A DNA stretch of 50,901 nt from an uncultured Bacilli bacterium (GTDB taxonomy: Bacteria > Bacillota_I > Bacilli_A > RF39 > UBA660). Where the stretch lies: the NCBI GenBank assembly GCA_947628145.1, contig CANQYU010000003.1, positions 1 to 50,901 on the forward strand, given 5' to 3'. This document shows positions 8,388 through 20,105 of the stretch, in pieces (the stretch's first letter is position 1; each line of letters begins with the position of its first letter). The notes under the pieces were generated by a model. That model saw only the letters and a program-made list of their open reading frames with translations, was not told the origin of the DNA and searched no databases. Position numbers and translations under genes: made by a program.

Positions 8388-10367
8388 ATGGAAAATCAAG
8401 AAAATAACAAATTTTTAGGACAAGAGAAAATATCTAAATTACTTTTTAAATTCTCGATACCTTGTATTTTATCGTTACTTATTAGCTCCCTATATAACAT
8501 AGTGGACCAAATATTTATCGGACATAGTACGTTAGGTTATTTAGGAAATGCCGCGACCGGAGTGGTTTATCCCATTACTATCATTGCGGTTGCTTTTGCT
8601 TGGTGTTTTGGGGATGGAGCCGCGGCTTATTTATCTTTATGCCAAGGACGTGGTACATCTAAAAATGCCCATAAATCTATTGGCAATAGTATATTAGTAA
8701 CATTTGTTACTAGTATTATCTTCCTTATTTTAGGCTTTATTTTTAAAGAGCAATTATTATATCTTTTTGGGGCTAGTAATAAAAGTATTGCTCTTGCTCG
8801 CGATTATTATACTATTATTCTCGCCGCTATTCCTATTTATATGCTTGGTAATAGTATGAATGCCGTAATTAGGGCTGATGGTGCTCCTAAGTTTTCCATG
8901 GCTACCACTGCGACTGGTGCTATTATTAATATCATTTTAGACCCTATCTTTATTTTTGGTTTTAATTGTGGAATTAAAGGTGCCGCATACGCTACAATCA
9001 TTGGTCAAATTGCCACCTTAATTCTTTCCATTATTTATTATCTTAAACCTAAAACTTTTAAATTAAGTTTAGATAGCTTTAAAATGGATTTTAATATTTT
9101 TAAAAATGTTCTTAAATTAGGAGTATCTACTTTTATTACGCAAATGAGTATAGTTATTATTTCTTTAGTTTGTAATATCATGCTTGCTAAATATGGGGCT
9201 AAAAGTAAATATGGGGCTGATATTCCTATTGCTGTTATTGGTATTACCATGAAAGTATTTTCTATTGTTATTAATATTATTGTTGGAATTATTTTAGGCG
9301 CCCAACCTATATTAGGCTATAATTATGGTGCCAAAAATATGGCCCGGGTAAAAGAAACCTTTAAAAAAGTTTGCATTATATCAACTATTGTTGGTTTAAT
9401 ATCTACTGTTATTTTTGAACTTAGTCCGCGTTTAATTATTAGTATTTTCGGTTCTAATGAAGCTTTATATTTAGAATTTGCCGAATTAACTTTCCGTTTA
9501 TTTTTAATGCTAGTTACTTTAACTTGTTTAATAAAAATGAGTTCAATTTTTTTCCAAGCCGTGGGTGAACCTCTTAAATCAATTATTGTTTCTTTAGCTC
9601 GGGACATTATATTTTTTGTTCCCTTAGTTATAATTCTTCCCCGATATATGGGGATTAAAGGGGCTTTAATTGCCGCGCCCATTGCTGACTTATTAGGTAT
9701 AGCTATTACTGTTATTTTAGTCATTAAATTCTTTAAAAATTTAAACTATGTATCTGAAGAAACCCCATCTCCAGCTTATTTACAAAAGTCTCATCCGGGT
9801 GTAATTATTACCATTGCTCGAACTCATGGCTCTCAAGGTAAAGCTATTGGGGAACTTGTTGCTAAAAAGTTAAATATTCCTTATTATTATAAAGAAATGA
9901 CTGCTTTAGCCGCGGAAGAAAGTGGCCTCGCCGAAGAATTTATTTCTAATATTGAAGAAACTAAAAAAACTTTATATGATTTATATCTTACGACATCCCC
10001 CACTAAGTATGCTATTAAAGCTCAAGAAAAAGTTATTAAATTAATTGCCAAACAAGGTTCTTGTGTTATTGTTGGTCGGGCCGCCGATTATGTTTTAAAA
10101 AATAATCCTAACTTAGTTAAAGTATTTATTTATGCTCCTTTGGAATATCGTATTAAAAATGTTATGAATATGTATCATACTTCTCATAACCAAGCTGCAA
10201 AAGATATTATTAAATCTGATAAAAATCGTGCTAGTTATTATCAAGTTATATCAGGTCAAACTTGGGGTGAAATAAAAAATTATGATTTATGTATCTCTTC
10301 AAGTATTGGAAAAGAAGAAACTGCGACGATAATTTGTGAATATATTAAAAATATGACTAAGAAATAA
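8388..10367 (+). CDS. MATE family efflux transporter fused to cytidylate-kinase-like domain
   Basis: LYNIVDQIFIG, NIILDPIFIF, QPILGYNYGA; C-terminal ITIARTHGSQG...VIVGRAADYVL. Confidence 0.92.
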   Translation: MENQENNKFLGQEKISKLLFKFSIPCILSLLISSLYNIVDQIFIGHSTLGYLGNAATGVVYPITIIAVAFAWCFGDGAAAYLSLCQGRGTSKNAHKSIGNSILVTFVTSIIFLILGFIFKEQLLYLFGASNKSIALARDYYTIILAAIPIYMLGNSMNAVIRADGAPKFSMATTATGAIINIILDPIFIFGFNCGIKGAAYATIIGQIATLILSIIYYLKPKTFKLSLDSFKMDFNIFKNVLKLGVSTFITQMSIVIISLVCNIMLAKYGAKSKYGADIPIAVIGITMKVFSIVINIIVGIILGAQPILGYNYGAKNMARVKETFKKVCIISTIVGLISTVIFELSPRLIISIFGSNEALYLEFAELTFRLFLMLVTLTCLIKMSSIFFQAVGEPLKSIIVSLARDIIFFVPLVIILPRYMGIKGALIAAPIADLLGIAITVILVIKFFKNLNYVSEETPSPAYLQKSHPGVIITIARTHGSQGKAIGELVAKKLNIPYYYKEMTALAAEESGLAEEFISNIEETKKTLYDLYLTTSPTKYAIKAQEKVIKLIAKQGSCVIVGRAADYVLKNNPNLVKVFIYAPLEYRIKNVMNMYHTSHNQAAKDIIKSDKNRASYYQVISGQTWGEIKNYDLCISSSIGKEETATIICEYIKNMTKK

Positions 10368-10404
10368 TAATTCATGATATAATAATAATGAATGGAGAAA
10401 TCAT

Positions 10405-10968
10405 ATGAAAAAAAATATTAAAATAACTGAAGCTATATTTCCAATGCCGGTCTTATTAATTGCTACTTATAATTCGGATGGAACAGTTAATGTTATGAAT
10501 GCTGCCTGGGGAACTATGCTCGAAAGAAATCAAGTATTATTAAATTTAAGTGAAACTCATAAAACGGTTGAAAACATTAAAGAAAGGAAAGCTTTTACTA
10601 TTAGTATAGCTGATGCTAAACATGTAAAAGAAGCTGATTACTTTGGTGTTGTCTCAGGCCATAATACTCCCGATAAATTTGCGAAAAGTGGACTTACGGC
10701 GACGGCTTCTTCTTATGTTGATGCACCAATTATTAATGAACTGCCTATATGTCTTGAATGTGAATACCTTGCTAGTCAAACTGGAGAATACGGCTATGGT
10801 GTAATAGGTAAAGTTGTTAATACTCAAGTTGAAGAAAGTATTATGACTAATGCTAATGTAGATATATCTAAATTAGAAGCTCTAGCTTTTGACCCTTATA
10901 CTCATGGTTATTATAAAGTTACCGAAAGAGTAGGTACTGCTTTTAAAGATGGCTTCGACCTAAAATAG
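10405..10968 (+). CDS. Flavin reductase-like (flavoredoxin) protein
   Basis: PMPVLLIATY...NVMNAAWG...DYFGVVSG...APIINELPICLEC. Confidence 0.88.
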   Translation: MKKNIKITEAIFPMPVLLIATYNSDGTVNVMNAAWGTMLERNQVLLNLSETHKTVENIKERKAFTISIADAKHVKEADYFGVVSGHNTPDKFAKSGLTATASSYVDAPIINELPICLECEYLASQTGEYGYGVIGKVVNTQVEESIMTNANVDISKLEALAFDPYTHGYYKVTERVGTAFKDGFDLK

Positions 10969-11094
10969 ACTTAAAATTTAAGTCTTTTTTTTAAGCTAAA
11001 AATCGTATTTAAATTATAATTTAACTTAAATTTTTTTATTTACTTTTAAACCTATCTAAGTTATAATAATATTTCCAAAAAGGGAGGCTTTAAA

Positions 11095-11502
11095 ATGCTT
11101 AATGAATATCCAACTTTAGATTATGAACCATTATTTTCCGCGTATGATTTTATGTGTTTATTTTGTGCGATTTATGCTAATGAAAAAATTTATTTTTTTA
11201 ATTATGAAGATTTAATTAATTATATTAAAACTTGTAAAATAAATAATTTATTTCCTAATTTATTAAATAATATTAATGAAGAAAACCTTTCTTCCTCTAT
11301 TGAAGAAGCCATTCAAAAATTACGCATTGCTCGTCTTTTATATACCATCGCCCCGGAAAAAAATCATATAATTTATCTTTTTCCTAATACTACGAGCTTT
11401 AATCTTATATCTAAAAGAGAAGCTTATTTAAATGAAATGTTAAAATTTATCAGTATGTATCATTGTTATTTATCAACTAAAGAAGAACAAACTAGAATTT
11501 AA
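11095..11502 (+). CDS. Hypothetical protein
   Basis: ORF with RBS GGGAGG and upstream TATAAT. Confidence 0.6.
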   Translation: MLNEYPTLDYEPLFSAYDFMCLFCAIYANEKIYFFNYEDLINYIKTCKINNLFPNLLNNINEENLSSSIEEAIQKLRIARLLYTIAPEKNHIIYLFPNTTSFNLISKREAYLNEMLKFISMYHCYLSTKEEQTRI

Positions 11503-11587
11503 GCAACTAATTTTGCTTTTTTTCTTTTAAAATTATTTTCTAATTTTTCTTAAAGTGTTATACTTATATAAGATTAGGAGAATAATT

Positions 11588-12091
11588 ATGGAAAAAAAGA
11601 AAAAAGAAATTGTTAAAATGTTATTAAAAGAAGATTTAGAAGAAAAAGACGAAGAAGAAATAATGGATTTATTAATTAATCGGCCTATTGCTTTAGATGT
11701 TGATAAAGAAATAGATTCTAAAATGACTTTTGGAGATAAAGTTGCTGATAAACTTTCCGCTATCGCTGGTTCTTGGACTTTTATTATCGGATTTAGTTTA
11801 TTTCTTTTATTTTGGCTCGTTTTAAATGGGGTAGTTCTTATTAAAGCTCCCGACCCATATCCTTTTATTTTATTAAATCTTTTATTATCTTGCTTAGCCG
11901 CCTTACAAGCTCCCATTATAATGATGAGTCAAAATCGTCAATCTAAAAAAGATACTATTCGTAATAAAAATGATTATCAAACTGATTTAAAAAGTGAATT
12001 AATACTAGAACAATTATATGACCAATTAGAAAAAGTTTTAAAAAATCAAAAAGAAATCTTAACGTATATAAAAACTAAAAAAGATAAATAA
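11588..12091 (+). CDS. DUF1003 membrane protein
   Basis: TFGDKVAD...GSWTFI...DPYPFILLNL...LQAPIIMMSQNRQ. Confidence 0.9.
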   Translation: MEKKKKEIVKMLLKEDLEEKDEEEIMDLLINRPIALDVDKEIDSKMTFGDKVADKLSAIAGSWTFIIGFSLFLLFWLVLNGVVLIKAPDPYPFILLNLLLSCLAALQAPIIMMSQNRQSKKDTIRNKNDYQTDLKSELILEQLYDQLEKVLKNQKEILTYIKTKKDK

Positions 12092-12214
12092 TATTTATTA
12101 ACCTAAAGTAAACATCAAGTTTACTTTTTTTAAAATAAATTAAAAAAATTTCTATTTTGTAACTTAGTAGTAACTTACCTATAGTATAATTTATTAAGAA
12201 ATGGAGTGATTTTA

Positions 12215-12877
12215 ATGGAAATATTAAGAGTTGAAAACTTAACAAAAGTATATGGTAAAAACTCAAATAAAGTAGTTGCTTTAGATAATGTATCTTTTAG
12301 TGTGGAAAAAGGCGAATTTGTGGCTATTGTAGGCGCCAGCGGGAGTGGTAAGTCCACCCTTTTACATTTAATTGGAGGGGTAGATAGACCCACCTCTGGT
12401 AAAGTTTATATTGATGGTCAAGAAATTTTTACTTTTGATGATGATAAATTAGCTATATTTAGACGAAGACAAATTGGTTTAATTTATCAATTTTATAATT
12501 TAATTCCTATTTTAAATGTGGAAGAAAATATAACTTTACCTTTAGCTTTAGATAATCGAGAAATAAATAAAGATTCCTTAAATAATATGTTAAAATTATT
12601 AGGTTTAGAAAATCGTCGCACCCATCTTCCTAATGAATTATCCGGAGGACAACAACAAAGAACTAGTATAGGAAGAGCTCTAATAACTAATCCAGCTTTA
12701 ATTTTAGCTGACGAGCCTACTGGTAATTTAGATACTAAAGCTAGTGAAGAAATAGTTAATCTTTTAAAGAAATCCAATAAAGAATTAAAAGAAACGATAA
12801 TTATGATAACTCATAACTTAGAAATTGCTAAATACGCGGACCGCATTATCAAAATCGAAGATGGCCGAATTGTTTAA
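12215..12877 (+). CDS. ABC transporter ATP-binding protein (LolD/MacB type)
   Basis: GASGSGKS, LSGGQQQR, ADEPTGNLD. Confidence 0.95.
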   Translation: MEILRVENLTKVYGKNSNKVVALDNVSFSVEKGEFVAIVGASGSGKSTLLHLIGGVDRPTSGKVYIDGQEIFTFDDDKLAIFRRRQIGLIYQFYNLIPILNVEENITLPLALDNREINKDSLNNMLKLLGLENRRTHLPNELSGGQQQRTSIGRALITNPALILADEPTGNLDTKASEEIVNLLKKSNKELKETIIMITHNLEIAKYADRIIKIEDGRIV

Positions 12878-12888
12878 AGAGGTAAAAT

Positions 12889-15573
12889 ATGAACTTACTT
12901 AATAAATTAACTATTAAAAATCTTAAATTAAATAAAAAAAGAACTATTGTAACTATAATTGGAATAATGCTTTCGGTCGCTTTAATTACCGCGGTTACAT
13001 CTATTTATTCCAGTGGAATAAAGTCTTTAATTAATTTTGAAACTTTCGAAAAAGGAAATTTTCATGCCGCTTTTTATGATGTTCCTACGCCAGATTTAAA
13101 TATTTTTAAAAATAATCGCGAAATTGCCGAAATAAATATAACTCAAAATATTGGCTATGCTAAAATCAATTCTCAAAATGAAGATAAACCTTATGCTTAT
13201 ATAAAAGCTTTTACTAAGAATGCCTTACATAATTTATCGCTCAAACTAGTCGAGGGAAGATTACCTGAGAATCCTAACGAAATAGTTATTCCGACTCATT
13301 TAAAAACTAATGGTCGCTTAACTCTTAATGTTGGTGATAGTATTACCCTTAATATAGGGAAAAGAATGAGTTTAGTAAATCATGTTGAGTTAGACCAATC
13401 AAATCCTTTTCAATCTAATGATTATTTAGAAGAAGAATTAGAGCAAAATACTATATCAGAAGAAAATATAGAAAAAGCCGAAGATATAGTAAATCCAACT
13501 CCTAAAACCTATAAAATTGTTGGAATTATTGAACGTCCCGCGACTAATATTGAAATATATTCCGCCCCAGGTTATACTTTTATAACTTATTTAAATGAAA
13601 ATGATTTATCAAATAAAATAGATATTTATGCCCGGTATACTAAAAATGGCACTAAAAATGCTTATGAAATTACCGCGGGTATTTTAGGAGTAAATGAAAC
13701 TTTCTTTAAAAAAAATTATAAAGGCACGGGCACTTTAGAAGAAATAAAAAAATATCTTAATGAAGAAAAGCCCAAGCAAAAATATGAATATGCTCTTAAT
13801 AGTTATTTAATTGATTTAGAAACAAACCCTTTAAGCATGGACACTACGGGCGAACTAGCTATTGTCGTTTTAATAGTCATGGGTATAATTGTTTTTACCT
13901 CTGTATTTTGTATTAAAAATAGTTTTGATATCTCAATCACGGAAAAAATCAAACAATATGGTATGTTAAAAAGTATTGGTGCCACTAAAAAGCAAATCAA
14001 GAAAAATGTTTTTTATGAAGCCACAATTTTAGGTCTCATTGGCATACCTTTAGGCCTTATTTCTGGTTTATTTGCTTCTTATATTTTAATTATTGTTAGT
14101 AATTATTTTTTAAGAGATAGTCTTGCTATTGGGGTAAGTTTAGAATTTACTTTCTCAATTACGGCCATTATTATTGCTATTTTGCTTGGCATTGTAACTA
14201 TTTATTTATCGGCTTTAAAAAGTGCTAAACGAACATCTAAAATATCTCCTATAACATCAATTAGAAATAGTGCGAATATTAAAATAAATCCTAAAAAAAT
14301 TAAGTCTCCTAAATTTATCAAAAAAATATTTGGCATGGGTGGCGAAATATCTTATAAAAATTTAAAAAGAAATAAGAAAAAATATCGCACAACGGTCATT
14401 TCCATAGTTGTATCGGTCTTTGTCTTTATTGCTTTATCTAGTTTTATGAATATGGCTTTTGAAGCAGTTAATAATGAATTAAAAATTGCTGAATATAATG
14501 TATCTTTATATTCTCATAATCTTACTAAAGAAAGTTATAATAAATATCTTGCTTCCACTAAATTAAATAATATCGAAAATTATACTGTCTTAAGAGAAAT
14601 CGGTTTTAATTATCAAAATAGGGAACTAAACCCCGAATATATTGATTTTCTCCATTTAAAAATAAATGACAATGCTTCGGAATATATTAATATTTATGCT
14701 TTAGGAGAAACCCAATATCAAAAATATCTTAAAACTTTAAATTTAAAATATGAAGAATTTAAAGATAAAGGAATTTTAATGGATTATATGAAAGTTGGTT
14801 ATCAAAAATCTGATAATACTCAAAATAAAAAATCTAAAATGGTTTATAAAACTTTAAGATATACTAATTTTAAACCTGGCACTATTTTAACAGGCACTTT
14901 AGAAAATGGTCAAAATAAACAAATTGAAATCGGTTTTATTACCAATGAAAAACCCTTTGGTTTAAAAAATTATCAAAATACCTACCTAGTTGTAAGTGAA
15001 GAATTATTTAATCAAATATTTAATAATAATTATCAAGACTTAACTATATTTTATAAATCTAATAATGCAAATGTTTTACAAGATGACCTTGACGAATTAT
15101 TAAAAGGGGAAAATTATAGTATCAATAACATAGAAGAAAATGCTCAAGTTATGAATAATTTATATACTTTAATAGGAATATTCTTATATGGTTTTATAAT
15201 TGTTATTTCTTTAATTGGTATTACTAATATCTTTAATACTATTACTACTAATATGGAATTAAGACGTCAAGAATTTGCCATGTTAAAATCTATTGGTATG
15301 ACCTCTAAAGAATTTAGTCACATGATTAAATTAGAAACTTTCTTTATGGGTATTAAATCTCTGATTTTTGGAATACCAATTGGCTTATTCTTATCCTATT
15401 TAATTTATCACTTTTTAGCCGAACCATCGGGAATCCCTTATAAATTCCCAATTATTGCTATAATTATTGCTGTTGGGGTAGTATTTATTCTTATTTCTTT
15501 AATAATGAAATATTCTATGAATAAAATAAATAAACAAAATACTATTGAAACCATTCGTAATGAAAATATTTAA
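12889..15573 (+). CDS. FtsX-like ABC transporter permease
   Basis: Two FtsX repeats (YGMLKSIGAT, FAMLKSIGMT) with large extracellular loops. Confidence 0.9.
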   Translation: MNLLNKLTIKNLKLNKKRTIVTIIGIMLSVALITAVTSIYSSGIKSLINFETFEKGNFHAAFYDVPTPDLNIFKNNREIAEINITQNIGYAKINSQNEDKPYAYIKAFTKNALHNLSLKLVEGRLPENPNEIVIPTHLKTNGRLTLNVGDSITLNIGKRMSLVNHVELDQSNPFQSNDYLEEELEQNTISEENIEKAEDIVNPTPKTYKIVGIIERPATNIEIYSAPGYTFITYLNENDLSNKIDIYARYTKNGTKNAYEITAGILGVNETFFKKNYKGTGTLEEIKKYLNEEKPKQKYEYALNSYLIDLETNPLSMDTTGELAIVVLIVMGIIVFTSVFCIKNSFDISITEKIKQYGMLKSIGATKKQIKKNVFYEATILGLIGIPLGLISGLFASYILIIVSNYFLRDSLAIGVSLEFTFSITAIIIAILLGIVTIYLSALKSAKRTSKISPITSIRNSANIKINPKKIKSPKFIKKIFGMGGEISYKNLKRNKKKYRTTVISIVVSVFVFIALSSFMNMAFEAVNNELKIAEYNVSLYSHNLTKESYNKYLASTKLNNIENYTVLREIGFNYQNRELNPEYIDFLHLKINDNASEYINIYALGETQYQKYLKTLNLKYEEFKDKGILMDYMKVGYQKSDNTQNKKSKMVYKTLRYTNFKPGTILTGTLENGQNKQIEIGFITNEKPFGLKNYQNTYLVVSEELFNQIFNNNYQDLTIFYKSNNANVLQDDLDELLKGENYSINNIEENAQVMNNLYTLIGIFLYGFIIVISLIGITNIFNTITTNMELRRQEFAMLKSIGMTSKEFSHMIKLETFFMGIKSLIFGIPIGLFLSYLIYHFLAEPSGIPYKFPIIAIIIAVGVVFILISLIMKYSMNKINKQNTIETIRNENI

Positions 15574-15647
15574 AAAGCAATTATTTGCTTTTTTTTATCT
15601 TAAGTTTTCTAAATTTAATGTTATAATAAACAAGAAAGGAATAGACT

Positions 15648-16304
15648 ATGAATATACTTTTAATTGAAGATAATCCCTCGATTATAAAAGGCATAACTTA
15701 TGCTTTAGAAAAAAATAATTATAATTTAACATCCAAAACTACAATTAAAGATACAAAAGAATATTTAAATACTAAGCCATCCTTAGCTTTAATTATTTTA
15801 GATATTACTTTACCTGATGGAAATGGCTATAATTTATTTGAAAGTATTATTAAACCTTTAAATATTCCCACTATATTTTTAACGGCTAATGATGAAGAAG
15901 ACATAATTGTTGCTTCTTTAAACGCGGGTGCTGAAGATTATTTAACTAAACCATTTAGCATTAAAGAATTATTAGCTCGCATAAATAAAATAATTTTAAG
16001 AACTAAAAAAACTAATATTATTTCTATTAAAAATATTACTTTTTCATTAGATAAATTAATTTTAACTAAAAATAATAAACCTATTGAATTAACTCCTTTA
16101 GAATTAAAAATTTTAAATTTACTATTTTTAAACTTAAATAAAGTTGTCACGCGTACTACCTTATTAGATAAAATTTGGGAATGGACCGGTAATTATGTAG
16201 ATACTCACACCATAACTGTTTATTTAAATAGAATAAGAGAAAAAATTGGCACTAATATTATCACTACAATTAAAGGCTTAGGATATTGTATAGATGCAGA
16301 ATGA
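15648..16304 (+). CDS. OmpR-family response regulator
   Basis: ILLIED, LDITLPD, YLTKPF, winged-helix TIKGLGY. Confidence 0.93.
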   Translation: MNILLIEDNPSIIKGITYALEKNNYNLTSKTTIKDTKEYLNTKPSLALIILDITLPDGNGYNLFESIIKPLNIPTIFLTANDEEDIIVASLNAGAEDYLTKPFSIKELLARINKIILRTKKTNIISIKNITFSLDKLILTKNNKPIELTPLELKILNLLFLNLNKVVTRTTLLDKIWEWTGNYVDTHTITVYLNRIREKIGTNIITTIKGLGYCIDAE

Positions 16305-17505
16305 ACTTAAATTAAAAAAATTTTTTCTTTTTTCTCTTATTATCTCTGCTATATTTCTTTTAGTATTTATATTTTTAAATATTTATGAGTATCAAACTAT
16401 AACTAAAAATTATAATTATCAAATAGCTGCTTTAATTACTAATCTTAAAAATCATGAACCGCAACTTTCTGAAACGGAAATCATTAAAATCTTAAATTCT
16501 AACTCTAAAGCTAACTTAGAATTATTTAATAAATATGGTATATTTTTAACTAAAGCCTCTACTGTACTTGCTAACAAAAAATTATCAACTACTTATTTAT
16601 TCTTAAATATTACTTTCTTTCTTATTTTAATTATTATTTTTATAACTATGCTTATTCTTTATAGTAAGAAAACTAGTAAAGAAATAAAAGATTTAACTAA
16701 ATATTTAGAAGAAATAAATAAAAAGAACTATGATTTAAAAATAGCGCTTAATACTGAAGACGAATTATCAATTTTAAAAAATGAAATATATAAAACTACT
16801 ATTATGTTAAAAGAAATAGCCGAAATTAACCAAAATGAAAAACTTAATTTAAAAAAATCTTTAGAAGATATTTCCCATCAATTAAAAACTCCTTTAACTA
16901 GTATTTTAATTATGTTAGATAATATCCTCGATGAAGAAAATATGCCCAATCAAACTAAAAATGAATTTTTAAGAGATATTAAAAGTCAAATTTTAAATAT
17001 TAATTTCCTAGTCGAGGCTCTTTTAAAATTAGCTAAATTTGATGCTAATACTATTGAATTTACTAAAGAAAAAACGTCTTTGCAAACTCTAGTTAATGCG
17101 GCACTTAAAAATGTTTCGAGTTTAAGTGATTTAAAAAATATAACTATTAAAATTTCTGGTCAAGAAGAAGCTTTTTTAAATTGTGATTTACCATGGCAAA
17201 TCGAAGCTTTAACTAATATTTTAAAAAATAGTTTAGACCATTCTAAACCTAATTCTATTTTAGAAATTAATTATGCCCAAAATAATATTTATGCTTTTAT
17301 TACTATTAAAGATTATGGGGAGGGGATTTCTAAAAAAGATATTAATCACATTTTTGAAAGATTTTATAAAGGCAGTAATGCTAATCCCGATAGTGTAGGC
17401 ATAGGTCTTGCTTTAGCTAAAACTATTATTGAAAAAAATAATGGTACTATTTCTGTCATCTCAAGTCCTAAAGGAACTACCTTTACTATTAAATATTATC
17501 ATTAA
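16294..17505 (+). CDS. Sensor histidine kinase (HAMP-HisKA-HATPase)
   Basis: DISHQLKTPLT, NILKNS, DYGEGI, GIGLA. Confidence 0.93.
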   Translation: MQNELKLKKFFLFSLIISAIFLLVFIFLNIYEYQTITKNYNYQIAALITNLKNHEPQLSETEIIKILNSNSKANLELFNKYGIFLTKASTVLANKKLSTTYLFLNITFFLILIIIFITMLILYSKKTSKEIKDLTKYLEEINKKNYDLKIALNTEDELSILKNEIYKTTIMLKEIAEINQNEKLNLKKSLEDISHQLKTPLTSILIMLDNILDEENMPNQTKNEFLRDIKSQILNINFLVEALLKLAKFDANTIEFTKEKTSLQTLVNAALKNVSSLSDLKNITIKISGQEEAFLNCDLPWQIEALTNILKNSLDHSKPNSILEINYAQNNIYAFITIKDYGEGISKKDINHIFERFYKGSNANPDSVGIGLALAKTIIEKNNGTISVISSPKGTTFTIKYYH

Positions 17506-20105
17506 TCTTTAAATATTCTTTTAATAATATTTTTTAAAAATTCATTTATTAAAAATATTAATATAACAATTAAAAGAACATATACTCCTTGAATTAAACT
17601 TAAACTTGTCATTTGAAATACCTTTTTTAAAGGAGTTAAATATACGATAACTTGTAAAAGCATAATTAATAGCACACTTATATTTAAGGTTTTATTCTTA
17701 AATATTTTTTTATTTAATTCGCTTTCTTTTAAATTCCGGCAACTATAAGCAAATAATATTTCTTCAAGTATTAAAGTTAATAAAGCCATTGTGGTAGCAA
17801 TCTCCATATTATATACTTTTAAATTAATTAAATAAATCAATAATACTGATATTGTTTTTAAAATGGCAGCTATAAATATTTTGGCTTTTAAAAAAGGGGT
17901 AAAGAAAGCTTTTTCTTTTTTTCGAACATTTCTTTTCATAATATTATCATCTTCTTCTTCAAAAGCTAAAGCTATTGCTGGTAAACTATCCGTGACTAAA
18001 TTAATATATAAAAGTTGAATAGGTAAAAATATTTCTTTTCCCAAAATCATTCCCATAAAAACAATTAAAATTTCTGCCATATTGGAAGCTAATAAATATA
18101 CTAAAACATTTCTTATATTATCAAATATTCTTCGGCCTTCTTTAACCGCGGTAACTATTGTTGCAAAACTATCGTCGGCTAAAATAATATCGGAAACACT
18201 CTTTGTTACCTCTGTTCCCGTAATACCCATGCCTATTCCAATATTGGCTGCTTTTAAAGCTGGGGCATCATTTATTCCATCCCCAGTCATGGCAACAATT
18301 TTTCCTTTCTTTTTCCAAGCATTTACAATGGCGAGCTTATTCATAGGACTAACTCGCGCATATACATTATAGTTTTCAATATTCTTAAGTAACATTTCTT
18401 CACTCATATTATCTAGTTCAGTTCCACTTATTGCTTCATTTTCATTTTTAATAATGCCAATATCCTTAGCAATGGCAACCGCGGTTTCTAAACTATCTCC
18501 TGTAATCATAATCGGTTTAATATGAGCCATATTACATAGTTTAATTGCTTCTTTAACATCTTTACGAGGTGGGTCTATCATATATGTTAATCCCACAAAT
18601 ACTAAATCATTTTCTAAATCATGGTTAAGTTTAAAACTATCATTAATATCTTTATACCCATAAGCTAAAATCCGGTAAGCTTTATTAGCTCCCGCCATTT
18701 CTACTTTTTTTAATTCTTCTTTTTTCTTTTTTGTCAGTTTTTTAATTTTTTCATCTTCTAAAATATAAGAACATCTTTTAAGTAATGAATCAAAACTCCC
18801 TTTAATATATAATCTCGTTTTATTTTGACACTTATTTATAGTTGACATCATTTTCCGTTCAGAATCAAAAGGTAATTCGCCCGTTCTTTCATTTTCTAAT
18901 TTTAAAGCTCTAACATCTAAATATTCCTCACAACATTCATAAAGAGCAATTTCGGTGGGGTCTCCAATATATTCTTCACCATTTTTTTCTACATCATTAT
19001 TTAAAGCCATAATTTCTAATAATAAATTATTTTTATCTAATTCATTTACTTTCCTTATTTTATTATTATAAAAAACCTCAACTACTTTCATTTTATTTTG
19101 GGTAATAGTCCCAGTTTTATCTGAACAAATAATCTCTGTACATCCTAAAGTTTCCACACAAGCCATTTTTCTAACTATGGCTTTCTTTTTTGCTAGTACA
19201 CCCATGCCTAAAGATAAAGTAATTGTAATAATTGCTGGTAATCCCTCCGGAATGGCGGCGACTGCTAAAGATATTGATAGCATTACTATTTCGGCTAATT
19301 TCATATCTTTTGTAATTCCAATAATAAACATAATCAAAATAATTAAAGCAATAATATATGATAAAAATTTGCTTATTTCTTCAATTTTCTTTTGTAAAGG
19401 AGTAATTTCTTTTTCTTCATTTTGTAAACTTTTAGCAATTTTTCCAAATTCTGTATTCATTCCGGTTTCTACTACCACGGCTAAAGCTTTCCCATATACC
19501 ACATTAGTTCCACAATAAAGCATATTAAATCTTTCGGATAAAGACGTATTTTTATCTAAGGCTTTAATTGATTTTGAAACAGGGATAGATTCTCCAGTTA
19601 AAGATGCTTCGTCAACTTTTAAAGAAGCTTCATAAATAATTCTCGCATCCGCAGGAATTTTATCGCCAGCATCTATAACTAAAATATCTCCTCTAACTAC
19701 CTCTTCACTATTAATAATTATAATTTTATTATTTCTTTTTACTCTAACTTTAGCTCTTTGCATTTTATTTAAAGCATCTATCGCTTTATCAGCTTTAAGT
19801 TCTTGTGTAAAACCTAGTATTGCATTTAAAATAACTATTGCTAAAATAACAATACTACTTGTAAAAGACTCCTTATTAATTATTGCTAAAACAAAAGAAA
19901 ATATGGCGGCAAGTATTAATACAATAATCATTAAATCTTTAAATTCTTTTAAAAACTTTTTAAATAAAGATTCTTTTTTAGGTTTAGCTATTTTATTAGC
20001 CCCATCTTTTTCTAATCTTTTTAAAGCTTCTGTTTCTGTTAAACCACTTTCTTTAGTTTTTAATTTATTTAAAACATCATTTATTTCTAAATCATAGTAT
20101 TTCAT
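17502..20105 (-). CDS. Cation-transporting P-type ATPase (Ca2+, type IIA-like)
   Basis: TGES, PEGL, DKTGT, GDGIND motifs. Confidence 0.95.
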   Translation of the reverse strand: MKYYDLEINDVLNKLKTKESGLTETEALKRLEKDGANKIAKPKKESLFKKFLKEFKDLMIIVLILAAIFSFVLAIINKESFTSSIVILAIVILNAILGFTQELKADKAIDALNKMQRAKVRVKRNNKIIIINSEEVVRGDILVIDAGDKIPADARIIYEASLKVDEASLTGESIPVSKSIKALDKNTSLSERFNMLYCGTNVVYGKALAVVVETGMNTEFGKIAKSLQNEEKEITPLQKKIEEISKFLSYIIALIILIMFIIGITKDMKLAEIVMLSISLAVAAIPEGLPAIITITLSLGMGVLAKKKAIVRKMACVETLGCTEIICSDKTGTITQNKMKVVEVFYNNKIRKVNELDKNNLLLEIMALNNDVEKNGEEYIGDPTEIALYECCEEYLDVRALKLENERTGELPFDSERKMMSTINKCQNKTRLYIKGSFDSLLKRCSYILEDEKIKKLTKKKKEELKKVEMAGANKAYRILAYGYKDINDSFKLNHDLENDLVFVGLTYMIDPPRKDVKEAIKLCNMAHIKPIMITGDSLETAVAIAKDIGIIKNENEAISGTELDNMSEEMLLKNIENYNVYARVSPMNKLAIVNAWKKKGKIVAMTGDGINDAPALKAANIGIGMGITGTEVTKSVSDIILADDSFATIVTAVKEGRRIFDNIRNVLVYLLASNMAEILIVFMGMILGKEIFLPIQLLYINLVTDSLPAIALAFEEEDDNIMKRNVRKKEKAFFTPFLKAKIFIAAILKTISVLLIYLINLKVYNMEIATTMALLTLILEEILFAYSCRNLKESELNKKIFKNKTLNISVLLIMLLQVIVYLTPLKKVFQMTSLSLIQGVYVLLIVILIFLINEFLKNIIKRIFKD

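Noticed and set aside
8315-8407. Leader peptide ORF upstream of MATE
   Set aside because: No RBS; the ATG is part of the terminator stem
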